Source: Nitrospirota bacterium
GTDB taxonomy: Bacteria; Nitrospirota; JACRHJ01
Assembly: GCA_963845245.1 (NCBI GenBank)
Contig: CAWJRJ010000018.1
Location: 1 to 64,000, forward strand
DNA length: 64,000 bases
Reading direction: 5' to 3'
This document shows, piece by piece, positions 51,932 to 63,278 of the stretch. The notes beneath the pieces were generated by a model. It saw only the letters and a list, made by a program, of their open reading frames with translations. It searched no databases and was not told the DNA's origin. Position 1 is the stretch's first letter. Each line of letters begins with the position of its first letter. The position numbers were made by a program, and so were the translations under genes.

Positions 51932-52264
51932 TTGTTTGATATCGGGATGTCGGAACTGATACTTATCTTTGTAATAGCCCTCATAGTATTCGGGCCCAAG
52001 AAGCTGCCGGAGATCGGGAAGTCTCTTGGACGCGCGATGCACGAGTTCAAACGCGCCACGAACGAGTTCAAGAACAACTTCGAAAACGAGGTCGGGACCG
52101 CCAATATAAAGGAAGAGCTCCTCAAACAGCAGAAGGATATGCAGGCCACACTCACGGCGGCCACCACCCTGGAAGAGAAGCCCAAGGCGGAAGACCCTTA
52201 CGCGAATGCCGCCGAAGCGGCAAAACCCGCCACCAGACAAAGAAGAGCCAAAGACCAGCCATGA
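51932..52264 (+). CDS. tatA: Twin-arginine translocase TatA/TatB-family protein (TTG start)
   Basis: [36 protein letters not shown]; SD AAGAGGTGA. Confidence 0.8.
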   Translation: MFDIGMSELILIFVIALIVFGPKKLPEIGKSLGRAMHEFKRATNEFKNNFENEVGTANIKEELLKQQKDMQATLTAATTLEEKPKAEDPYANAAEAAKPATRQRRAKDQP

Positions 52265-53056
52265 GGGATAGAGAAGGCCGGATGCCTATAATGGCCCACC
52301 TTGAGGAGCTCAGAAAGCGCCTGCTCTGGTCGGCCGCCGCCCTGTTCTTAACATTTCTGTTCTGCTTCCAGTACTCCGAGTACCTGCTCAAGTGGCTCCA
52401 GATACCGCTTACGCAGACGCTTAACTTCAAGCTGACGTCGCCTTATGTCTACATGACCTACGTAAAGAACCCGGTCAAGCTTGTTTTCCTTGCCCCCGCC
52501 GAGGCATTCTGGATGTACATGAAGATAGGCTTTATCGCGGGCATCTTCCTGGCCCTGCCGTTTCTTCTTATGCAGGTCTGGCTTTTCATATCGCCGGGGC
52601 TGAAGCCCAGGGAGCGGAGGTACGCGCTGCCCTTCATCATTTCCGGAACTGGCATGTTCGTGCTCGGGGCGCTTTTCTGCCAGTACGTCATACTTCCCTT
52701 TCGCCATGCAGTTCCTGCTGACATACCAGACGTCGCAGCTCACCCCGATGATATCCGTGGGACACTATGTGGACTTCTGCTCCAAGTTCCTGCTTTCGTT
52801 CGGCCTTGTCTTTGAGCTTCCCCTTGTCATAACGCTCCTCTCGAAGCTTGGACTGGTAACGCCGCAGTTCCTTGCCCGCAACCGCAAGTATGCGGTGCTT
52901 ATAGCCTTCATAGTTGCGGCCATCCTCACCCCCACTCCGGACATGTTCAACCAGACACTTATGGCAGCGCCGATACTCGTCCTCTACGAGATCGGCATCA
53001 TAATGGCCAGGCTGGTGGGCGGCAAGAAGGAAGTCCCCGCAGCCGATGAGGCATAA
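52261..53056 (+). CDS. tatC: Twin-arginine translocase subunit TatC (apparent frameshift near 52700)
   Basis: [19 protein letters not shown]...; 6 TM helices; continues in the 52706-53056 frame ([37 protein letters not shown]). Confidence 0.8.
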
Positions 53057-53115
53057 AAGACTAATGATTACAATGACCTGTTGAATTTTATTTGTAAATT
53101 CAAGGCTTTTTTCTG

Positions 53116-53144
53116 TTGACAAGCCATACCGCCTGTTTTATACT
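53116..53144 (+). promoter_or_regulatory. Sigma70-like promoter (TTGACA-17-TATACT) upstream of a long leader
   Basis: TTGACAagccataccgcctgtttTATACT. Confidence 0.4.
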
Positions 53145-53150
53145 CCGGAA

Positions 53151-53391
53151 CAATTTAATATCCTCTGAAGCCGGTACTCCCTAAAGCCTTTCGCAAAGCC
53201 ATGGGGGCCGGCCGACAGGGTCATGCCTGAAAGGACATGGTCTCCCGTTATTTTGGAAAGGAGGTGTGAGCGACCGCAGATACCCGTGTCTTGTCTTGCT
53301 GGAAGAGTATTCTTCTTCCTCTTCTTCGTTTATTTCGTACTATTTTAGCCATTTTCCAGTATATTTATTATCCGTAAAGGGGGATTTTGTA
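53151..53391 (+). other. 240-nt structured 5' leader of the porin/ABC-transporter operon (riboswitch candidate, possibly Moco/Wco-class)
   Basis: GC-rich stems (GCCGG...CCGGC; GGGTCATGCCtgaaaGGACATGGTCTCCC), GAAAGG/GGAAAGGAGG elements, and a polypyrimidine tract before the SD AAGGGGGA. Confidence 0.3.
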
Positions 53392-54936
53392 ATGCGTTTC
53401 ATAGTTACACTGGCTGGTTCTTTATTATTGTCCCTTGCCTTCAGTTTCCAGGCAATGGCGGCGGATTCTGCGGCTCTCCTTGAAGTGTTGCACAACAAAG
53501 GGATCATAGACGACGCGTCCTACTCCGACATAAAGGGCGCCGGGAAGGGGCAGGCAGCCGATAAAAAGCTACTCGATGTCCTACATACCAAGGGCATACT
53601 CGACGACTCGGACTATAACCGTCTAACTGAACATGCTGGCAAGGAGGCCGCGGCGTCAGTAGCGGCATTGCCGCAGTCTTCTCCGGCCCCCGCAGCGCCC
53701 TCCGACGGCTCCAGGCCGTTCGACAAGGCCTTCTCCTCGGTGGAGGAAGGTTTCGCAAGGCTCGGCGGCGACACCATCAAGCTGAAGATCGGTGCGCTCC
53801 TCCAGACGGGCTTTCTTAACGACGACGCGGGTTTTTCGGTGACTTCACCTCCTACTACCAACTTTTCGGCAACTTCCGGCAACCAGTTTTTTGCCAGGCG
53901 CGCGAGGCTGTTCTTTGATGGCATGGTGATGGACAAGGCCGGGTTCAGGATTTCAATCGAGACCTCGGACACCACCGGCAAGATACTCAGGGACGCCTAC
54001 TTCTTCGCGGACTACATACCATATGCGAGGGTTACGGTAGGGCAGTTCAAAGTGCCGTTCGGCGTCGAAGGCGTCGAGTCCATAGGCGCCAACCCGACGG
54101 TAAACCGCTCTTTGGCGACCAATTTTATTCATTACCCGACGCTTCGCGACCTCGGTGTGATGCTCTCAGGCCAGTACCAGAATAAGTTAGGGACTCTCCC
54201 CATCGGAGCGGGTTATGCGGTCGCGGTCGTGGACGGCAATGGCATGAACACAACCGACAACAACGACAACAAGGATGTGTCGGGTCGCGTATGGATTAAC
54301 CCGCTGGTGCCGGGCTTTACGGTTGGTGGCTCGTTTTATAACGGCAAGACGAATACCCTTACATTTGATAAGGGCGACCCCACAAAGATCCCCCCCGTCC
54401 TCCCAGACCCGACCAAGGACAAAGTTAACGACAAGATAAAGAAGGACTGGGACCGCTGGGCTGCTGACGTAGAGTACAGGCCCGCATATATGAAGGGTCT
54501 CCTGCTCCGGGGCGAATTCCTCTGGGCGAGAAAATATTATGCAAAGTACGCATCAGTGGATGTTATCAGCACTACGGATACGTCAAAAAGCCCGCTCCCG
54601 CACGTCAACCGTCAGGCGCACTCATATGGCTGGTACGCACTCGCCGCATACAAGGTGGACGGGCTGCCGGGCTACTGGCGCTATCTGAATGGCTTTGAGC
54701 CTTTGGCGCGGTATGACTACTTTGATGAGGATACCAGCACCCTTACCGCCATCTCACGGCAGGATTCACGCAACCGGGTTACGCTCGGCCTCAACTACTA
54801 CCTGAACAAATACACTATGCTGAAGACCAACTACGAGATAATCCATGCGGATGGTGGGCTTAAGACCGAATCGCTTGAGACGATAGACAATATTGGTCAC
54901 CACCTGTTCACCACACTGGTCCAGGTAAAATTCTAG
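53392..54936 (+). CDS. OprO/OprP-family anion-selective porin, paralog 2
   Basis: Signal peptide MRFIVTLAGSLLLSLAFSFQAMAA, the same tandem LHNKGI(I/L)DD motif, barrel ending LVQVKF; similar to the 29800-31281 ORF. Confidence 0.7.
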   Translation: MRFIVTLAGSLLLSLAFSFQAMAADSAALLEVLHNKGIIDDASYSDIKGAGKGQAADKKLLDVLHTKGILDDSDYNRLTEHAGKEAAASVAALPQSSPAPAAPSDGSRPFDKAFSSVEEGFARLGGDTIKLKIGALLQTGFLNDDAGFSVTSPPTTNFSATSGNQFFARRARLFFDGMVMDKAGFRISIETSDTTGKILRDAYFFADYIPYARVTVGQFKVPFGVEGVESIGANPTVNRSLATNFIHYPTLRDLGVMLSGQYQNKLGTLPIGAGYAVAVVDGNGMNTTDNNDNKDVSGRVWINPLVPGFTVGGSFYNGKTNTLTFDKGDPTKIPPVLPDPTKDKVNDKIKKDWDRWAADVEYRPAYMKGLLLRGEFLWARKYYAKYASVDVISTTDTSKSPLPHVNRQAHSYGWYALAAYKVDGLPGYWRYLNGFEPLARYDYFDEDTSTLTAISRQDSRNRVTLGLNYYLNKYTMLKTNYEIIHADGGLKTESLETIDNIGHHLFTTLVQVKF

Positions 54937-54953
54937 AAACATCCGGGCAGGGA

Positions 54954-54986
54954 AGAAGCCCCACTCGCTGAGTGGGGCTTCTTTAT
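54954..54986 (+). terminator. Intrinsic terminator after porin paralog 2
   Basis: GAAGCCCCACTcgctgAGTGGGGCTTC followed by TTTATT. Confidence 0.6.
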
Positions 54987-55038
54987 TAATGATGCGGACA
55001 AACCCCTTCATGATATCCAACTTAAATCCCGAGTTTAC

Positions 55039-55734
55039 GTGGAAACGATTGCAAATGGATTCGTAAAGGCGTTAAGCCTGATAGCCTCCCTTGACCCGGA
55101 GCTTTATTCCATAATCCTGCTCTCGCTCAAGGTGTCTGGCGGGGCCGTCCTGATAGCCTCCCTTGCCGGTATCCCGCTCGGCGCGGCTTGTGCGCTCAGG
55201 CGATTCCCGGGACGGCGCTCCGTTGTGCTCATCCTGAATACTTTCATGGGTTTCCCTCCTGTAGTTGCGGGTCTCTTGATTTATCTGGTGCTTTCCAGAA
55301 GCGGCCCACTGGGCTTCATGGGCCTGCTTTACTCACCAACCGCTATGGTCATCGCACAGTCAGCCATAGTATTCCCGATAGTTGCAGGGCTGTCCTGGTC
55401 GGCTGCCGCGTCTATCAGCCCACGCATAAGGGAAACCGCGCTGACGCTTGGAGCGTCCGGTTTCGCGGTCGACTGGCGGGTGATTTCAGAGGCCAGGATG
55501 CAGATATTGTCCGCCGTGATTGCCGGCTTTGGAAGGGCCATAGCAGAGGTGGGGGCAGTACTGATAGTCGGAGGTAATATAGCAGGATACACCAGGATGA
55601 TGACGACAGCTATAGCCATGGAGACCGGCAAAGGCACATTCGAGCTTGCGATAGCGCTTGGCATAGTCCTTTTGCTGGTTGCCTTTCTTGTAAATATTCT
55701 GCTGAAGATAGCGCAGGGGGGATTCGGCAGATGA
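55039..55734 (+). CDS. ABC transporter permease, ModB/TupB-type (molybdate/tungstate family)
   Basis: DPELYSIILLSLKVSGGAVLIASLAGIPLG resembles the ModB N-terminus; IVGGNIAGYTRMMTTAIAMETG is a TupB/WtpB-like motif; 5 TM helices. Confidence 0.75.
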   Translation: METIANGFVKALSLIASLDPELYSIILLSLKVSGGAVLIASLAGIPLGAACALRRFPGRRSVVLILNTFMGFPPVVAGLLIYLVLSRSGPLGFMGLLYSPTAMVIAQSAIVFPIVAGLSWSAAASISPRIRETALTLGASGFAVDWRVISEARMQILSAVIAGFGRAIAEVGAVLIVGGNIAGYTRMMTTAIAMETGKGTFELAIALGIVLLLVAFLVNILLKIAQGGFGR

Positions 55735-56460
55735 GCCTCACGGTCGAGTCTCCACGATATAATAAAGGTATACGGCAAAAGGGAGGCACTTGCCGGGACA
55801 TCCTGCCGGTTTCTTCCGGGCAGGATAAACGTCCTCTTGGGTCCGAACGGGAGCGGTAAGACGACGCTCCTGAGGCTCGCCGCGCTTCTTGAGACCCCTG
55901 ACGACGGCACGGTGGTTTTTTCGGAAGGTGACCTGCCCATAGCGCCTGGTACGGCATTGATGCGGAGAATGACGCTCGTGTCCCAGACTCCGGTCCTGTT
56001 CAATACAACCGTCTTTAAGAACATGGCGTACGGCCTGCAACTGAGGGGGTGCGAAGAAGGGGAGGTCAAACACCGGGTCCTCGATGCGCTGGAACTTGTG
56101 GGGATGGGCAATTTCGCCGGCGCCAGGGCCGCATCGCTCTCCGGTGGTGAGGCCCAGCGAGTGGCTATTGCCCGGGCGTATGCGCTTAGGCCGGAATTGC
56201 TTCTCCTTGACGAGCCTTCGTCGAACCTCGACCCTGACGGGGGCGCTGTTTTCGAAGAAATACTCAGAAAAATGAATACGGAACAAGGCACGACAGTAGT
56301 GATTGTGACTCACAACCTGTTTCAGGCAAGGCGGCTTGCGCACGCGGCCTTTTTAATGTACGGTGGAAAGGTGGTGGAGGGCGGAGATGCCGCCGGTTTT
56401 TTCAGCCACCCCCAAAGTGCAGTGACAGCAAAGTTCATCTCGGGCGAAATGGTATTTTAG
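55731..56460 (+). CDS. ABC transporter ATP-binding protein (short TupC/ModC-like); N-terminal frameshift near 55800
   Basis: Walker A (LLGPNGSGKTTLL), signature (LSGGEAQRVAIARA), Walker B (LLLLDEPSSNLD). Confidence 0.75.
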
Positions 56461-56497
56461 TTGACATGGGCTTTTCAATAGGGTTAACCTAATAACT

Positions 56498-56743
56498 ATG
56501 GCTTTACCTATCCGCATTATTATACTCGTTGCCTCCGCGTTCATAATGAATCTCCCGCTCGGCTACCTGAGGAAGGTGACGCGCAAGTTTTCCTTCAAGT
56601 GGTTTCTTTATATCCACCTTTCCATACCGTTTATAATCCTGATAAGGCTCGGTTTGAAGATATCATACTGGTTTATACCGTTTTCCATCGGTTCCGCGGT
56701 TGCGGGTCAGATTATAGGCGCGCGCCTCAGGAAAGTGGATTAA
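56498..56743 (+). CDS. Small hydrophobic membrane protein
   Basis: 81 aa, 2-3 TM helices. Confidence 0.35.
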   Translation: MALPIRIIILVASAFIMNLPLGYLRKVTRKFSFKWFLYIHLSIPFIILIRLGLKISYWFIPFSIGSAVAGQIIGARLRKVD

Positions 56744-56761
56744 CGAGAGGGGGACTAAAGG

Positions 56762-57043
56762 GTGGGAGAGGATTTCCTTCAGGGGAAGAACCTTGATTCG
56801 GTGGCAAAGGATATAGCGGAAGGCTATGTATTCGTGAGCCCGATGTTCCTTAAAAAGTTCAGCCATGACATCCTGAAGAAGCTGCTTGTGTCCGTTAACA
56901 AGACGATGCATCTTATAAGGAACGAAAAATTTCCGACAGGCGATATCGAGGGTATCAAGAGGCGCAATATTCGGCTTTCAAGGCTTAACAATGCCAGCAT
57001 GGTAATAAAATACTTTGCCAAGGAGCGGCGCTGGGTACTATAG
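56762..57043 (+). CDS. Hypothetical protein
   Basis: 93-aa ORF with coding-like composition; no recognisable domain. Confidence 0.3.
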   Translation: MGEDFLQGKNLDSVAKDIAEGYVFVSPMFLKKFSHDILKKLLVSVNKTMHLIRNEKFPTGDIEGIKRRNIRLSRLNNASMVIKYFAKERRWVL

Positions 57044-57173
57044 CGGTACACAGCAGTGCCCCGCCCGGTGCCATCCCTTTTTCCTTGACAAGGAGGGGGG
57101 CATTGGGATATCTATTGTAGTCACTTTAAAAGTACGGTATATAAAACTCTCCGGATGTCGTAAGGAGGTATTC

Positions 57174-57971
57174 ATGCGGTTTTCGTCCCTTGGGAGGAGG
57201 CTGTTTCTGGCTTCTGGTCTGGCTTTTACAGTACTTCTGTCGGGTTGTTTCGCTACAAAGCAGGATCTCGACCCGATAAAAAGTGATATATCGGTGCTTG
57301 AGAAGCAGTTCATGGAGGTACAACGCGATTACGCCAGGGCGAAGGTTGCAGCGGATGATGCAGGGACCTCCGGGGATGGCGCTACAGAAAAACTGGCGTC
57401 CATGGATAAAAGAATCGGCGCGTTGGAGAAAAGGCTGGACACTCTGGATTCCAGGCTGGCCGAGATAAAACAGCCGCAACAACCGATCTTGTCTGAGACG
57501 ATGGCGCCCGAACCGGTCGCTGTCGAGTCCGACCTGGGCACGGCGGGAGGCAAGTCCGAGTCTGAGCCCAAGGCGCCGGCGCCTACTAAAGGCATGGTTG
57601 CCGCTGAGACGAAGTTTAATGAGGCAAAAAACAGCTACACCTCAGGCGACGCGGACAAGGCGGAGGCCGGTTTTAAGGAATTTCTTTCGAGTTACCCCAA
57701 TGACAGGCTTGCGGATGACGCCCGGTATTACCTTGGAGAAATCTATTTTGACCGTAAGGAATATTCCAAGGCATTAACAGAGTATGAAGGAGTCGTAAAC
57801 GGTTACCCGCTTGCTGACAGGGTGCCAGACGCGCTATATAAGGCAGGAGTTGTCAACATCCAGTTGAAGGATAATGCCAAGGCACGCGATTTATTCATGC
57901 GGGTCATGGACAACTATCCTTACAGCGAAGCGGCAAAAAAGGCGAGACAGTCTCTGGATAACCTGAAGTAG
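57174..57971 (+). CDS. cpoB: Tol-Pal-associated periplasmic lipoprotein CpoB/YbgF (coiled coil plus TPR)
   Basis: Lipobox LLSGCF, coiled coil (LEKQFMEVQRDYARAKV...IGALEKRLDTLDSRLAEI), C-terminal TPR (ARYYLGEIYFDRKEYSKALTEYEGVV); SD TAAGGAGGT. Confidence 0.7.
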   Translation: MRFSSLGRRLFLASGLAFTVLLSGCFATKQDLDPIKSDISVLEKQFMEVQRDYARAKVAADDAGTSGDGATEKLASMDKRIGALEKRLDTLDSRLAEIKQPQQPILSETMAPEPVAVESDLGTAGGKSESEPKAPAPTKGMVAAETKFNEAKNSYTSGDADKAEAGFKEFLSSYPNDRLADDARYYLGEIYFDRKEYSKALTEYEGVVNGYPLADRVPDALYKAGVVNIQLKDNAKARDLFMRVMDNYPYSEAAKKARQSLDNLK

Positions 57972-57991
57972 CACTATAAGGGGGGGTAGGT

Positions 57992-59122
57992 ATGAAAATC
58001 GAGGTCAGGCACTTTTCATTGCTCCTGTTCATATCCATTGCGCTTTCGACAGCTCAACCGGCTCTTGCCCAGGATGAGGTGGCGGGAGGCGAGTCGTATA
58101 CCGTAAGAAAAGGCGATACGCTCTGGGATATATCGGCAACAAAGCTTGAGAACCCGTTCAGCTGGTCCCTGATATGGAAACAGAACCCGTCAATAAAGGA
58201 CCCGGACCTCATCTACCCTGGCGAGAAGATAGCGTTGCCTCCCGGTGCAGTTTTGAAGAAGACAGAAGGCGCGCCTGGAGCTGCAGCTGCCGGTGGAGAT
58301 TCAGCTTCAAGGCACGGCTCAGATTCTGAACCGTTTGTGGAGAGCGGCAAGACCATACTTAAGGGCCATGCGGACGGCGGTAAGGTAATAACCATTGATA
58401 CGACGCGTCCGAAAATGCCGATTGCGACGCTTACCGAGATAATGTCCGCCGGGTTTATATCTCCCGAGCTTAAAGGCGCAAGGAAGATTTCCGATGGTTT
58501 GCTGGGCGGGCGTGAAATCTATTCCTTTGGGGACAAGTTATACACGGATGTTGACGGCGTTTCTATAGGGGACGTTTTCCTGATAGCTAGAGAAACCGAC
58601 AAGGTATGCGACCCGGCCAGCGGGGATAAACTAGGGAAGATTGTATTCCCTACAGGTTCTTTTAAAATAACAGAAAAAGTGGACGGCAAGATGGCAGGTG
58701 TCGTAGAGAAATCCTTTACCGAGATAAAGCCTGATGACCTCCTTATCCCGTACACGCAGCCCCAGTTGGTGTACGAGCCGGTACCGCCAAATGACAAGCT
58801 AAACGGCAAGTTCGGCTATGTGGCCGCCGTCAAGGAGGAGAAAGCCACCAGCACCCAGATTGACACGGTGTACCTTGACATGGGCTCGGACATGGGGGTC
58901 AAGCCGGGTGACCGTTTCGTCATCAGGCGCTCGGGCGGTAAGGGCAGGCTCATGGAAGGCATAGATCAAAACGGCTATGCATCGCCCTCTGATTACGTCG
59001 TCCCTGACAAGGCCATCGGCGAGGTGGTTGTGATCTCGGTCCAGCCGAAAAACTCGACCGCGAAGGTTGCTTCGTTCAATGAGGTAATACGGCCGGGCTA
59101 CAGGGCTGTGTATAAAGACTAA
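57992..59122 (+). CDS. LysM-domain secreted protein
   Basis: Signal peptide plus a LysM motif (YTVRKGDTLWDISATKL...LIWKQNP...IYPGEKIALP). Confidence 0.6.
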   Translation: MKIEVRHFSLLLFISIALSTAQPALAQDEVAGGESYTVRKGDTLWDISATKLENPFSWSLIWKQNPSIKDPDLIYPGEKIALPPGAVLKKTEGAPGAAAAGGDSASRHGSDSEPFVESGKTILKGHADGGKVITIDTTRPKMPIATLTEIMSAGFISPELKGARKISDGLLGGREIYSFGDKLYTDVDGVSIGDVFLIARETDKVCDPASGDKLGKIVFPTGSFKITEKVDGKMAGVVEKSFTEIKPDDLLIPYTQPQLVYEPVPPNDKLNGKFGYVAAVKEEKATSTQIDTVYLDMGSDMGVKPGDRFVIRRSGGKGRLMEGIDQNGYASPSDYVVPDKAIGEVVVISVQPKNSTAKVASFNEVIRPGYRAVYKD

Positions 59123-59135
59123 GTCGGGGGGACAG

Positions 59136-60237
59136 ATGGACCCAGTGCCCTGGATAGCGCTGAATTCTATTTCCGGGGTAGGGCGTGTCCTTTATAAAAG
59201 GCTCATACTTCGCTTTGGTTCTCCCGAAGAGGTCTTCAGGGCCCCGGAGGTCGAGCTTTTCAGGGTTGAAGGAGCGAAGCCTGCCTCTGTAAAGGCCATA
59301 AAGGATTTCGGCGGCTGGAGCCTGGCCCGGCGGGAGGCTGATAAGGCCCTTGAAAAGGGGTCCGACATAGTGACCTTCTCCGACCCGCGCTACCCTGCAA
59401 ACCTCCGAGAGACGCATGACCCTCCTCCTTACCTATATGTAAAGGGAAGGCTGGTAGAAGGCGATAAGGTGTCAGTTGCAGTAGTCGGTTCAAGGAAGGC
59501 GACCCAGTACGGGCGGCAGCTGACTAAAAAGATTTCTGGAGACATTGCCGCGAAAGGCATAACCGTAGTCTCCGGAGGTGCAAGGGGGATCGATACCGAG
59601 GCACACAAGGGCGCCATTGCGGCTGGCGGCAGGACGATAGCCGTGCTTGGATGCGGCATAGACGTGGTGTACCCCCCCGAGAATGAGAGCCTTTTTAAAG
59701 CGGTTGCCGAGTCTGGCGCGGTTGTCACAGAGTTCCCCATGGGGACGCCTCCGGATGCCGCGAACTTCCCCCAGAGGAACCGCATAATCAGCGGGATCTC
59801 GATGGGTGTTGTCGTCATGGAGGCGGCGGACGACAGCGGGTCGCTTATCACCGCATCATGTTCGCTCGACCAGGGACGCGAAGTGTATGCAGTGCCTGGC
59901 AGCGTGGACTCCCCGACCAGTCGGGGGACGAACAGCCTGATTAAAAAAGGGGCGAAGCTAGTTGAGGGGCCCGAGGACATACTGGTAGACCTTTTCCCCT
60001 ATATGAAAGGTTATTTGAGGGAACTCGACCTATACAGGAAACCGGAAAGAGAGTTATGGATTTGGGCCGAACGAGAAAGCCCTTTTTGAACTGATAAGTC
60101 TGGAGCCGGCGCATATCGATGCGCTGGCGGAGAAGACGGGGGTCCCGGTCTCAAAGGCGCTTTCCCTGCTTCTCGGCATGGAACTCAAAGGCGCCGTGAG
60201 GCAGGTTGCGGGTATGAACTTCATCCGTGAGGCATGA
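59136..60237 (+). CDS. dprA: DNA-processing protein DprA/Smf (C-terminal frameshift near 60085)
   Basis: Rossmann-like core (VAVVGSRKATQYG, VVSGGARGID, FPQRNRIISG) and a C-terminal DML-type winged-helix region in another frame (LISLEPAHIDALAEKTGVPVSKALSLLLGMELKG). Confidence 0.8.
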
Positions 60238-60745
60238 AGGGACGGATTTGATAAAGGAGCAGGTTTTGAAGGAAGATTTTCTTGATATTGTCGCTGAGAT
60301 TGTAAGACATATGTCCGAGGATGAAGGCGCGACGCCACGGGACAGGAACATCATAGAAGGCCTGTTGGAGGATGGCTATGACCTGCTGGACATCGATGAC
60401 GCACTATCGTGGTTTGAGAGCCTCGGGGGTGGCAGCGAAGAGCTGGACACGTTCGAGTTCTGGCCCGGATTCAGGGGCGTAAGGGTGCAGTCGCGCCACG
60501 AGAAGGAGGCTATGTCTCCGGCCGCGTACTCTTACCTGATGAAGCTGAACGCCGCAGGCTTCCTGAACGACTCCTTCCGTGAGGAGATAATGGACAAGGT
60601 AGTAGACTTGTCTATCGAGGACTTCGGCTTGGACCAGATGAAGGCACTGCTTGGGCTGGTGCTCTATTCGCAGGGCAAGCTGGTGCCGGAGCTGACGCTT
60701 GGCCGCCTGGGTTACCGCGGGCCGGACGACCAGATATTGAACTAA
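60227..60745 (+). CDS. smg: Smg protein (DUF494)
   Basis: Conserved position between dprA and topA; acidic 172-aa protein. Confidence 0.75.
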   Translation: MRHEGTDLIKEQVLKEDFLDIVAEIVRHMSEDEGATPRDRNIIEGLLEDGYDLLDIDDALSWFESLGGGSEELDTFEFWPGFRGVRVQSRHEKEAMSPAAYSYLMKLNAAGFLNDSFREEIMDKVVDLSIEDFGLDQMKALLGLVLYSQGKLVPELTLGRLGYRGPDDQILN

Positions 60746-60851
60746 AAGCCTGTAAACGCAATGGAATAAGCCCGGGGGCGTACTAAGCGCCCCCTGTGGT
60801 TTTTTTGGGGCAATATGGCCCAGTATTTAACAAAGAGGCATCTTAAATAAT

Positions 60852-63127
60852 ATGGGAAAAGATCTGGTTATAGTCGAATCGCCCGCGAAGGCGAAGACGA
60901 TAAACAAATACCTGGGCGACAAATTTGTCGTGAAGGCCTCGATTGGCCATGTGCGCGACCTGCCGAAACAGCGGCTAGCGGTTGACATCGAACATGGGTT
61001 TGCGCCGGAATACGAGGTGATCAAGGGCAAGGCCAAGGTGATTGCCGAGATAAAGAAGGCGGCGAAGTCTGCGGACAAAATATACCTTGCCCCTGACCCG
61101 GACCGCGAAGGAGAAGCGATCGCATGGCACGTGGCCGAGGAACTCGGCGTGTCCGAGGACAAGCTGTTCCGCGTGCTCTTCAATGAAATAACCAAACGGG
61201 GCATTCTTGAAGCCATGGAGCGCCCCGGCAAGATTGACATCAACAAGGTCGACGCACAGCAGGCCAGGCGTGTCCTTGACAGGCTTGTCGGCTATCAAGT
61301 CAGCCCTCTTCTTTGGAACAAGGTGAGGCGCGGCCTCTCCGCGGGGCGCGTGCAGTCAGTGGCTGTCAGGCTTGTCTGCGAGAGGGAGGCCGAGATTCAG
61401 GCCTTCGTCCCGAAGGAGTTCTGGAGCATAACGGCGCACCTGAAGGCAGATGCCCCTCCCCCGTTTATCGCGAAGCTTACAAAAGAGTCCGGTAAAAAAC
61501 TGGAGATAGGTAACGAGGAAGAGTCAAAAAGATATTCCAGTACGTGAAGGACAAGCCCTTCATCGTCTCGAAGGTCGACCGGAAGGAAAAGAAACAGAAC
61601 CCCGTCCCGCCGTTCACCACCAGCAAGCTTCAGCAGGAGGCGGCCCGCAAGCTCCGGTTCACGGCGAAAAAGACGATGGTCGTCGCCCAGCAGCTCTATG
61701 AAGGTCTGGAGATAGGCAAAGAGGGCGCGGTCGGCCTTATAACCTACATGCGTACCGATTCGAACAGGGTCGCACCCGAGGCGGTTCAGGAGGCGCGGGA
61801 ATACATTACCGCAAAATACGGCAAGGAGTCTCTTCCGGCCAAGCCGCCTGTATACGCCGCTCAGAAGAAGGCCCAGGAGGCTCACGAGGCGATACGGCCC
61901 ACGTCTCTCACCCACGAGCCGGACAGCCTCAAGGAATACCTTGAGAAGGACCAGCTCTCCCTCTACAGGCTGATATGGAACCGCTTTATCGCCAGCCAGA
62001 TGTCACCCGCGATACTCGACATGACCGGCGTTGACATCTCCGCCGAAATATACACGTTCCGTGCCACCGGCACTATTGTCAAGTTCCAGGGCTTCATGGC
62101 GGTATACACCGAAGGCAAGGACGAGGAGAAGGCCGAGGACGACTCGGGAGAAGGCGTCAACCTACCAGCTCTCAAGGTGGGGGACCTGCTCAAGGTAGAC
62201 AAGCTCGTACCCAAGCAGCACTTCACCCAGCCGCCGGCGCGCTTTACCGAAGCGAGCCTCGTCAAGGAGCTTGAAGAAAAGGGCATAGGCCGCCCGAGTA
62301 CCTACGCCGCGATCATGTCCACCATAGTCGACCGGGAGTACGTCGAGAAAAAGCAGATATCCTTTTTCCCGACGGAACTCGGCATAATAGTGAACGACCT
62401 GCTCGTGCAGAGCTTTCCCGATATCTTCGACGTCGCGTTCACCGCAAAGATGGAGGACGAGCTCGACGGCATAGAAGAAGGCAAGATGAAGTGGGCGGAT
62501 ACGGTCAAGGAGTTCTACGAGCCGTTCGAGAAGGCGCTCCTCACCGCCCAGAAGGGCATGCGCAACGTGAAGCGCGAGGAGACCCCGACCGACATCGTCT
62601 GCGACAAGTGCGGCAAGATGATGGTCATAAAGTGGGGCAGGAACGGTAAGTTCCTCGCATGCCCCGGCTACCCGGAATGCAAGAACACGCGCGAGCTGCC
62701 GGAGAAAGAGGGCGAAGAGCGCGCCGCGCCGCCCCCGGCAGAGGTGACGGACGAGAAATGCCCGAAATGCGGTAGCCCCATGGTCATAAAGTCCGGACGT
62801 TTCGGCAAGTTCCTGGCCTGCAGCGCATACCCGCAGTGCAAGACGACCAAGCCCATATCGCTTGGCGTGGACTGCCCGAAATGCGGGAAAGGCTTCCTTA
62901 GCGAGAGGCGCACCAAAGGAGGCAAATCCTTCTTCGGTTGCAGCACCTATCCCGCGTGCGACTTCGCATCGTGGGACAGGCCGGTGCCCCGCAAATGCCC
63001 GGACTGCGGTAGCCCCTACCTTGTCGAGAAGTACTCCAAGAAGGACGGCATGAGGGTCATCTGCCCGAACAAGGAGTGCGGGTACAAGGAAGCCCCGGAG
63101 CAGGAGCCTGCCGCGGGCGGGGAATAA
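60852..63127 (+). CDS. topA: DNA topoisomerase I (type IA) with four C-terminal zinc ribbons; frameshift near 61535
   Basis: Toprim N-terminus ([13 protein letters not shown]), catalytic region ([10 protein letters not shown]), C4 zinc ribbons ([11 protein letters not shown]...CPGYPECKN; [11 protein letters not shown]...; CPKCGKG...; [12 protein letters not shown]). Confidence 0.9.
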
Positions 63128-63193
63128 GAAAGCCGCTATTTAACTAACTAAATTTCTTGGGCCGCCTTCTTTTAAAGAAGGCGAGGACTATAA

Positions 63194-63216
63194 AAGGGCT
63201 TACGGCCCTTTTTTGT
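63194..63216 (+). terminator. Intrinsic terminator after topA
   Basis: AAGGGCttacGGCCCTT followed by TTTTTGTT; a second hairpin (CGCCTTCTTT-taa-AGAAGGCG) lies just upstream. Confidence 0.6.
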
Positions 63217-63278
63217 TAGGTTGACTATTGACCGGAAAGCAAATAAAATCAGGTCCGTGTGTTATTTGAAACATAGAA

